Assembly: GCA_040752695.1 (NCBI GenBank)
Contig: JBFMGO010000142.1
Span: 1-12,790 of the forward strand
DNA from: a bacterium
Lineage (GTDB): Bacteria > SZUA-182 > DTGQ01
DNA length: 12,790 nucleotides
Direction of reading: 5' to 3'
Shown: in pieces, positions 1 through 6,828 of the stretch
Position numbering within the stretch: position 1 is the stretch's first letter
Layout: each line of letters begins with the position of its first letter
Notes under the pieces: generated by a model
The model's input: the letters and a program-made list of their open reading frames with translations, nothing else
The model's database searches: none
What the model was told of the DNA's origin: nothing
Position numbers and translations under genes: made by a program

Positions 1-102
1 GCTTTCCCCCCTTATGGCTGGTTGCAAATGATACATCAACATGGCACTATACCACAGTATGAAATCAGCGATTATTGGTCAAGTAAAAAAATCTAAAAAC
101 TA

Positions 103-333
103 TTATCGGGGGTGCGGAAGCACGGCTCTATAAACATTTTCCGGCTTTAAAGTGACGATATTGATAACCTCTAAATTCTCTATTGGTATATTCTCTTTTT
201 CAGAAATTTTGGCTAATATATTATCTTTAAGGCCGTTTGCGATACTTTCCGTCCTAACTATATTACTAAAATAAAGGCTGACCAGGACAGACACTGCTAT
301 TACGCTTAAAATAAAGCTTTTCTTATTTGACAT
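103..333 (-). CDS. Small hypothetical exported/membrane-anchored protein (76 aa, MSNKKSFILSVIAVSVLVSLY...), possibly truncated
   Basis: AAGGAAGGT Shine-Dalgarno-like sequence just upstream of the ATG at 333; basic N-terminus followed by a hydrophobic helix; no recognisable family motif. Confidence 0.55.
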   Translation of the reverse strand: MSNKKSFILSVIAVSVLVSLYFSNIVRTESIANGLKDNILAKISEKENIPIENLEVINIVTLKPENVYRAVLPHPR

Positions 334-356
334 GTTATATACCTTCCTTATCATAT

Positions 357-428
357 TTTAATTCTACGGAAAAATTTAATACTACGAAAAAATTTAGTTC
401 TACGGAAAAATTTAGTTCTACGGAAAAA
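357..428. repeat. Tandem repeat, 4 x 18 bp (TTTARTWCTACGRAAAAA)
   Basis: Units at 357, 375, 393 and 411; the last two are identical (tttagttctacggaaaaa). Confidence 0.95.
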
Positions 429-867
429 AGCCAATTACAGGCTTGCCAAAATCCGCTTAAAAATACTGTATTATCATCACCTCCTTGTTTTGAAATGTGC
501 ACCCATATCTTACAGCCGAAGCGCCACAGACCAAAACCGCCCGGTTGAGCGGCCCGATTGGCGGTCACCAGCAACCCTATACGGACGCCCCTGGATGGAC
601 ACACACACCTTGAAGGGGTGCCCATGGAAGGAGGCAAGATTTTTCGCTGAGGGAACTCAAAATCCCCATAAAAAACAAGGGAGATGAAAAAACCATGTCT
701 TGCAGGGCCACACAGAGGGGGCCGGCAACCTGCTGGCTATCCCGTATGAGTGTATGAGTGCCAGATGGTACCTATGCAAGCTTCCAAACTAAACCGGCAA
801 TAAATTTTATTAATTTAATATTAAATAAATATTAAATTTTACCTTATATATTTTTAATTTTGAACTA

Positions 868-884
868 AGCAAATATAATGCCAA
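868..884 (-). promoter_or_regulatory. Candidate sigma54 (-24/-12) promoter
   Basis: Minus strand reads TTGGCATTATATTTGCT: GG-N10-GC with TGGCA and TTGC half-sites, in an AT-rich intergenic region. Confidence 0.7.
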
Positions 885-993
885 AAACAAAATAAAGAAA
901 AATAAAAATATATTTTTATTAATTTACAATAACTTACAAGAAGCAAAAAACCAGGGTGGCATGGATTTTCAGAGGAGATAAAGGGATGGAGGC

Positions 994-1110
994 GGCCAAC
1001 TTTTTGACCTGTGATCAGAATTATGGCCTGGTTTTTTTAGTTAATATATTGATTATAGAAGCTTTTATAGCAAAGGCCAAAAAGTTGACCCATAGGCCAA
1101 AAAGTTGGCC
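994..1110. promoter_or_regulatory. Palindromic boxes GGCCAA-N4-TTGRCC (candidate enhancer sites) around an IHF-consensus site
   Basis: Boxes at 994-1009, 1075-1090 and 1095-1110, with a weak one at 1013-1028. Minus-strand AATCAATATATTA at 1042-1054 matches WATCAANNNNTTR. All lie about 110-230 bp upstream of the 868-884 promoter. Confidence 0.6.
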
Positions 1111-1344
1111 TTTTTGCACCGCTCCTACTCGATGGATGCGATGGAAGCTCCTCGACGGTTGCCCTCCTGGCCCTGCCAGCATGGGTTTTTCCCTAAAGAG
1201 GCTATCTAAAAAGTAGCAGGTGAGGTAGAATAAATACACATTGTTTCAATTAGTTATAAGGTAGAAATCGGTTTATAAGATGTGTTTATTCAGAGATGGT
1301 AAAAAATCATCGCTCATATATAGTAGCCATCACATTCCTTTTTT

Positions 1345-1370
1345 GTCATTCCCGCGAAGGCTTAGAATCC
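1345..1370 (+). repeat. Degenerate REP/dRS3-like palindrome (GTCATTCCCGCGAAGGC..GAATCC)
   Basis: Matches the widespread GTCATTCCCGCGNAGGCGGGAATCC repeat except that the right-arm GGG is replaced by TTAG. Confidence 0.65.
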
Positions 1371-1963
1371 GTGTGACCGGCATGGTCGATAACTAGCTGG
1401 TGAAAGTCCAGCCATGAGTCGGAAAGAAGGCAACATGTAGGCGAAGGCAAGGGTGCCCGAAGAAACTTCTAGCTGCTGCCCGACGAGGGAAATAAACGGT
1501 GGAGGGGAGCCAATGAGGGATCTGAAGGAAGCCGTAGTCAAAATTGCCACTCAAGCTTGGTGCGAACCTCTGGCAGGCAGGGAAGAGGGGCCGAGGTACC
1601 GGATATTACCGAAGGCCGATATCCTTTACGTAACTCGACCTTGTATAGGAGGTGGGTGGGCAATGACAAAGCTATCGATCTTACCCGGTGAAGGGCCGCC
1701 TACTAGCGGACCGTTGTAACTGCGACAGCGTTGTCCTAAGCGGAGCAGAGATGTGACCGTTACGGGTAGGGGGTCTACAGATGAAGCCGTAGTAGTCGTA
1801 AAGCTGGGAGCCGATAAGGATACGGTGACGTATCTGAGGGGAAAACATTCAGCGAGCGGCATTTTTTTTCTGAGAGTGCTGGAGGCGAAGGGCGGAACAT
1901 GTAACCGAGAGTCTCAAATTTCATTTGGAACTACCGTCAAGAGTCCAGCCGGAAAAGGAACGA
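1371..1963 (+). mobile_element. Group II intron ribozyme 5' fragment (IIC-like DI, DII, DIII and start of DIV); no RT ORF, DV or DVI
   Basis: Starts GTGTGACCGGCATGG. Carries landmarks shared with IIC introns such as that of O. iheyensis: GGTGAAAGTCC, GCAAGGGTGCCC...ATCTGAAGGAAGC, TCTTACCCGG at the DI end, and GAAGCCGTAGTAG...GCGAAGGGC in DIII. EBS1 loop GGAT (1601-1604) is complementary to the exon end ATCC (1367-1370). Confidence 0.85.
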
Positions 1964-2032
1964 GTTGCGCTGACCTGGAAGGTGCTCCGATAGAAAGCGC
2001 GTCAGCACTCTTGCAAAATCAGTCTGCTTCAT
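1964..2032 (-). pseudogene. N-terminal stub of the third RIT recombinase (RitC)
   Basis: An ATG at 2032 overlapping the ritB stop reads MKQTDFARVLTRFLSEHLPGQRN, a typical RitC N-terminus. It then runs into intron sequence and stops at 1937-1939. Not in the ORF track. Confidence 0.8.
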
Positions 2033-3003
2033 GGAACGGCACCTCCGGTATTAAAAATGAAAAGTTTTGTTCCACAGAGGCTATGATGTCCGGATATAAA
2101 TCAGCAGTCAGCCTCAAGTAATGCTGTGTACCTCTTAGGTCAACATGCCCCAGATACACGGAAAGATAGGGAAGGAGGCTCGAAAGATCATCTTTATTCA
2201 AAACCTATTTCTTTAAGCAATGGACGGAAAATGAATGTCTTATATCGTGGAGTCTTGGACCCTTTCCACTATGGGAAATCCTGGCCTTCCAGAGTATCTC
2301 CCTGAACAGGCGATATATAGTGTTTTCCTTAATACCGCCCTCCATATGGAGACGGGAAGAAGAAAGGGTTACAGGATTCATAATTATGAACTTTCCCTGC
2401 ATACTGGCGGCAGCTTTCTGTCAGGGATTCTGCCATTGGGACAATCCGTTCTTTTCCGAATTTCGCATCCCGTATAAATAACGTCCCTTGCCTTAAGTCA
2501 ACCTCATCAAGCTTTAAATTCAGAGCCTCTGAAATCCGCAGGCCGCACCCGTATAACATACGGAAAAGAAGTGGAAGTATCAGATGCCGGTTGGGAGAAA
2601 CCTCGGAAACGGGATAATTGTCGCAGATGGTAAAAATATCTTTCAGCTCTTTTTCTGAAAAAATGTAAGGGACATAGGAATACCTGGCAATGGTAACAGC
2701 GGCTGCCGGAAAAACGTATGCCTCATGACCAAGACGTGCCATATATTTTGCAAACCCGCGCACTATTGAGATCCTTGCGTTTCTGTTACTGTCTGTTTCA
2801 TTCGGCCTCTTTTGCGTCCATAACAATACCATCTCCTTCGGAAGTTTCTTTTCCACCAGGTGTTCCTTGACAACCAGAGTATCAAACTGTTTCAAAAGAG
2901 AGGAACCCTTTATGTATTTGTAACCCACAGCTCTTTTTTCCTCTCTATATCCGGCAATTAATTCACCAAGAACGCTTTCAAAAACAACGAGTTTTTCAGG
3001 CAT
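2019..3003 (-). pseudogene. RIT tyrosine recombinase B with a frameshift and a nonsense codon
   Basis: Start MPEKLVVFES overlaps the ritA stop. GLRISEA, KFGKER, HDIRH, YLGH and TQHY motifs are spread over three ORF pieces. One extra base near 2331 (tat-t-aag), and an in-frame TAG at 2205-2207 where Trp is expected (KK*VLNKDD). Confidence 0.9.
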
Positions 3004-4237
3004 CCTTAAACACCTCCTCTGGATCAATGGCACATGAGCACAATCCTTCAATTCCTGTATGCAGATAGACCCCGGTAGACCTGGAATTGAAATGTCCGAG
3101 GATTTCAGAGATTATGGGCAATGGTGTCCCCTTCTCCAGCAAAGTACTCGCAAGTGTGTGACGAAGCGAATGCAATCCGTGTCTTTTGCCCCTCGGGACA
3201 GTGATTCCGGAAAGCCTGGTGTATCTTGTGATGATGTTATGAAGATTGGCATTTTCTCCAAAGGCCTCATAGGGAGCGTTCATCCGTATAAATACAAAAG
3301 GTGAATTACTTGTGGGGCGTGCATTTTTCAGATAATCAATCAATGCCCAGCCTATATCGCTTAAAATGGGATAGGTGACGGTGTTCTTTGTTTTATCCTG
3401 CCGTATATTTATGGTTTTTGACCGCCAGTCTAAATCTGATAATTTCAAAGACTTAATGTCACCGACCCTTATGCCGAGCCTGGCAACCAGAAGCAGGATG
3501 GCATAATCTCTCTTGCCGGTTGGATTCCCTCTGTCAATGCCTTCCAGCATACGCACTACATCTTCCTTATTCCAGACAGAAGGAACGGCAGGATAATAAT
3601 ACTTATTCTGTTTTGGGACTTTTAAAGACAGGTCTTCAGCCGTATATTGGTTAAGGTAGAGAAATCTTAAAAATACCCTGAGCGTTGTTAAGATTGCTGA
3701 AATGCTTTTTTCATGGTGCGCATAGATTGTTTTTACATAATCGGATATCATATCCGGCGTAATAGCATTTACATCCTGAACATTCCTGGCACCCAGATAA
3801 TCTACGAAGAAAAACAGCCGTTGCGTCCGCGTACGCAGTCCTCTTTTTGAATAATCGTTGCTCTCACATTCCCTTTCATAGGCTGTCAGCTCTTTTTCAA
3901 ATTGCGGGGGTTTTACGTATCCGGGCTTTTTAACAATTCTCCGGACTATCACACCATGTAGTTGATAATCTCCCAAAATCCGTATTTTCCTGATGGGATG
4001 TCTATATGCCCTGGGCATAGCTTCCGTATAATAATTGATTGTGCAGTTATACTTTGCTTTTAAGAATTCTCTTCCTAATTCTTCTGAAAAATAAAGTTCC
4101 TCCTTCTCGTTGGCAAAAGCAATCACCTTCTTGTAAAAGCCACGATATCCACAAAGTGAGCTGTAGGAATAATTCAGCCTTTTAAGTTCCGCTAATACCT
4201 TAGCGACAAGCTCATTAATGGTTGGTTTTGTTTCCAT
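2996..4237 (-). CDS. RIT tyrosine recombinase A (413 aa), apparently intact
   Basis: Catalytic set present: LGIRVGDI (R), QDKTK (K), HSLRH, LGH and GVYL (Y); AGGAGG RBS upstream of the ATG. Confidence 0.95.
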   Translation of the reverse strand: METKPTINELVAKVLAELKRLNYSYSSLCGYRGFYKKVIAFANEKEELYFSEELGREFLKAKYNCTINYYTEAMPRAYRHPIRKIRILGDYQLHGVIVRRIVKKPGYVKPPQFEKELTAYERECESNDYSKRGLRTRTQRLFFFVDYLGARNVQDVNAITPDMISDYVKTIYAHHEKSISAILTTLRVFLRFLYLNQYTAEDLSLKVPKQNKYYYPAVPSVWNKEDVVRMLEGIDRGNPTGKRDYAILLLVARLGIRVGDIKSLKLSDLDWRSKTINIRQDKTKNTVTYPILSDIGWALIDYLKNARPTSNSPFVFIRMNAPYEAFGENANLHNIITRYTRLSGITVPRGKRHGLHSLRHTLASTLLEKGTPLPIISEILGHFNSRSTGVYLHTGIEGLCSCAIDPEEVFKDA

Positions 4238-4341
4238 ATGGCACCTCCTGGATTATAGATTATTGTGAATAATTTATTGTGAGGTGTTTATGGTAAGGAA
4301 TAGAAGGATATTGCAATTAAAATAGGCAGGTATTCTTATTT

Positions 4342-4400
4342 CTTTCCATAAGCAAAAACTTGCGATAATTGCCATTATGGAAAGCTTTCCATAATGGCAA
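4342..4400. repeat. RIT terminal recombination site with a perfect 32-bp palindrome (4369-4400)
   Basis: CTTTCCATAA (4342), CTTGCGATAA (4359, 17 bp later), spacer TTGCCA, then TTATGGAAAG-CTTTCCATAA (4375-4394), then TGGCAA. Confidence 0.85.
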
Positions 4401-4827
4401 AACCCATCTTTCGGTAAGCATAGGGATCAAAGCACTGATGAAAGGCTACAAGGTGCTCTTTACTTCAGTTGGCGAGATGTTGCAGAACCTTCACTTTTCC
4501 AAAGCTGATAATACCTACTACCAAAAGCTCAAACACTACCTTTCGCCAGAGGTGCTGATCCTGGATGAGCTGGGGTTTAAGAAACTGCCCGCCTACAGTG
4601 CTGATGATTTTTTTGAGGTGATTTCAAAACGATACGAGACCGGCTCAGTCATCATTACCTCCAATAAAGACTTCGAGCAGTGGGCAGAAATTTTCTCTGA
4701 TCACATATTGGCCTCGGCCATTATTGATCGCATAGTCCATCATAGTGTGGTGATTAAAATCACAGGCTCCAGCTTTCGCACGAAGGGCATGAAAAACAAA
4801 GGATGCGATGGCCAGGATAAATCGTAA
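4396..4827 (+). pseudogene. istB: IS21-family helper ATPase, 3' fragment starting inside Walker A
   Basis: GKTHL (end of Walker A), VLILDELGF (Walker B), IITSNK..W..IF.D...A.AIIDRIVHH and G.SFR are IstB hallmarks; the N-terminus is replaced by the RIT end. Confidence 0.92.
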
Positions 4828-4837
4828 GTGAACACCT

Positions 4838-4997
4838 ACAGTTGTCCGGCAACTGTTGGATACCTTACTTCACATGGCCAGCCCCTTACCCGAAGCGGAA
4901 GCGTTGTCAAGGCTGCGAACGGATGTGAGCACCCGCAAGGGCTTGGCCTTGACTGCGCTGGAGCGTAGGGTACACTCGGCCCATGTGAGGTAAGGTA
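4838..4997 (+). ncRNA. Putative structured RNA/ssDNA element between istB and the IS21 right end
   Basis: 17-bp outer stem 4861-4877/4981-4997 with one G.U pair; inner stems TACCC/GGGTA and GTCAAGGC/GCCTTGAC; CCC-GCAA-GGG GNRA hairpin at 4932-4941; separate 7-bp hairpin at 4838-4856. Confidence 0.5.
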
Positions 4998-5041
4998 ATA
5001 TATTGTGGGAATCAAAACGTATTTTTCGGGTGAGTCAACTA

Positions 5042-5086
5042 TGGAAAAATCTTTACCGCGACCTCTGGAATTTTCTTTACCTTTGA
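5042..5086 (+). mobile_element. IS21-family right end with two transposase-binding repeats; terminal CA missing
   Basis: TGGAAAAATCTTTACC (5042) and TGGAATTTTCTTTACC (5066), 24-bp period, followed by TTTGA where IS21 ends normally finish TGACA. Confidence 0.7.
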
Positions 5087-5087
5087 G

Positions 5088-5363
5088 GATGTGAAAACTG
5101 CTCTGATTGCCTGGCCGGAAATCCAGATCCAGTTTATCCCCAAGTATGCCAGTTGGCTCAATCTGATTGAACCCTGGTGGAAACAGTTGCGCTCCCTTGC
5201 CCTGAAAGGCAAGCGATTTGAGGATACGCAGGAGTTGATTGATGCTTTTACCCATGCTCTTGATTTTTGGAACGCCCATAAGCATCCTTATATTTGGAAG
5301 AAGATTCCTGAACTTCTCCCAAAATCCATCTTGGGTGGTTTTGGCTCCACATTAAATGCATGA
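5088..5363 (+). pseudogene. IS630-family transposase C-terminal fragment
   Basis: [16 protein letters not shown] matches the IS630 P.YS..LN.IE motif containing the catalytic Glu; ends with N....PYIW; the HTH and first two catalytic Asp residues are absent. Confidence 0.85.
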
Positions 5364-5463
5364 TTACTTTCTTAGCGAGAGAACCATTCTCCTTTCTTCG
5401 GTGGTGGTACTCTTTTCAACAAAATCAAAGGCTTACCCGCCTTGAGCTTAAGCCGCTCAATGC

Positions 5464-6783
5464 TCACCCTTTTTGAATCACCCGGGCCAGTTCTCTCACA
5501 CGCTCCAGAATGGGCTCTTCTTCCAGATGCAGGAGCTTTCGGTTTTTCATCAGGATGGTTCCATTGACCACCACGCTGTTGACATCGGCACCGTTGAGAG
5601 AATAGACCAGGTGAGAGTAAAGGTTATAGAGGGGCATAAGGTGCGGTTTTCGAAGATCGAGGGTAATCAGGTCCGCTTTTTTGCCGGGCTCGAGTGAGCC
5701 GATATCCGCCGCCATGCCCATGACCTTTGCTCCGCCTTTTGTGGCCATGTACACAGCCTGCCTGGCGTTTAACGCGGTAGGATCGAGGCGTGCAACCTTA
5801 TGGAGTTTGGCCGCAGTGTCCATCTCCTGAAAAAGATCCAGATCGTTATTGCTGGCGCAGCCATCGGTGCCCAGCCCCACGGTTATTCCCTTTTGCAAAA
5901 GGGCTGGTATGGGAGCCACGCCGGAAGCAAGCTTCATGTTGCTTTCCGGTGCGTGGACTACCTTCACCTGGAATTTCTGGAGAAGGTCAATCTCTTCCGG
6001 ACTGAGCCAGACGCAATGAATGGCCATGACCGTTTCGTCCAGAATGCCAAGGTCTGCCAGATGCTGGATGGGCCTTTTTCCGTACTTACGCATCACTTCC
6101 TGGATTTCGGTCTGGGTCTCGGCAGCATGGATGCCAAAGGGAAGGCCATGCTTTTGGGCCAGTTTCTTGGTTTCCCGGATCGTTCCGGGGCCGCAGGTAT
6201 ACGCTGAGTGGCAAAAAAGAGCGGGCTTGATCCGGCCCGACGCGTCCGCCCCCTTCCATCGGCGGATGAACCTCTCGGCCAGGCGCAGGTTCTCTGCGGG
6301 ATCAGGGGCATCAGGCGAGGGAAAATCGACGATCCCCTGAGCCATGAGGCCCCGAAGTCCGGCATCCTGGACAGCACGCGCCGCTTCTGACTCAAAGAAA
6401 TAGCTGTCGCTCAAAGTGGTAGTGCCTGATTTGATCATTTCGATGCAGGCCAGGAGTGTCCCGAGGTAAACATGCTCTTTATTCATAAAACGGGATTCAG
6501 CCGGGAAGATATGATTTAAAAGCCAGTCCATCAAGCCAAGATCGTCGGCCAGTCCCCGGAAAAGGGTCATGGCGGCATGAGTATGAGTATTAACCAGCCC
6601 CGGCATAACCAGTTGGCCCTTTACGTCGAGGGTTTCGGAGCCTGCGTATCTGGCGGCGAGATCCTGCCCAATCTCGATGATGGTGTCTCCCCTGACGGCG
6701 ATATCGCCCGGATCGAGGATCGAATCATGGTCATCCAGACAGAGAACTTTCCCCCCTAAAATCAATAAATCAGCTTCCTGCAT
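5464..6783 (-). CDS. mtaD: Amidohydrolase, MTA/SAH/5'-deoxyadenosine deaminase family (paralog 2)
   Basis: PGLVNTHTH, IFPAE, CHSAY, HAAET, HCVW, PESNMKLASG and GTDGCASNN motifs; exact substrate not determinable. Confidence 0.88.
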   Translation of the reverse strand: MQEADLLILGGKVLCLDDHDSILDPGDIAVRGDTIIEIGQDLAARYAGSETLDVKGQLVMPGLVNTHTHAAMTLFRGLADDLGLMDWLLNHIFPAESRFMNKEHVYLGTLLACIEMIKSGTTTLSDSYFFESEAARAVQDAGLRGLMAQGIVDFPSPDAPDPAENLRLAERFIRRWKGADASGRIKPALFCHSAYTCGPGTIRETKKLAQKHGLPFGIHAAETQTEIQEVMRKYGKRPIQHLADLGILDETVMAIHCVWLSPEEIDLLQKFQVKVVHAPESNMKLASGVAPIPALLQKGITVGLGTDGCASNNDLDLFQEMDTAAKLHKVARLDPTALNARQAVYMATKGGAKVMGMAADIGSLEPGKKADLITLDLRKPHLMPLYNLYSHLVYSLNGADVNSVVVNGTILMKNRKLLHLEEEPILERVRELARVIQKG

Positions 6784-6828
6784 CGCCTTTCCCTCTGTAA
6801 TCTTACCTTTTGATCCTTTTTTTAAGAT

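Larger units (their letters stand above)
1964..4394 (-). mobile_element. RIT (recombinase-in-trio) element, truncated at its 3' end
   Basis: Three overlapping, co-oriented tyrosine recombinase genes in A-B-C order; terminal CTTTCCATAA-type repeats at 4342-4394. Confidence 0.9.

Noticed and set aside
357..428. CRISPR array or plasmid iterons
   Set aside because: The repeats are contiguous with no spacers, and no cas or rep gene is present.
476..486. ATCACCTCCTT resembling the 16S rRNA 3' end
   Set aside because: No other rRNA sequence nearby; it is simply the reverse complement of a Shine-Dalgarno sequence.
1362..2121. Short ORFs over the intron region
   Set aside because: The sequence is explained by ribozyme structure; there are no RT motifs (no YADD).
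4369..4395. N-terminus MPLWKAFHN of the istB ORF in the track
   Set aside because: Encoded by the RIT palindrome, not by istB; Walker A is incomplete.
4836..5285. 149-aa minus-strand ORF
   Set aside because: Crosses the IS630/IS21 junction antisense to the transposase fragment, so it is a chimeric chance ORF.
5430..5460. Terminator for the thiL-mtaD operon
   Set aside because: Only two overlapping 6-bp stems with a broken U-tract; too weak to call.
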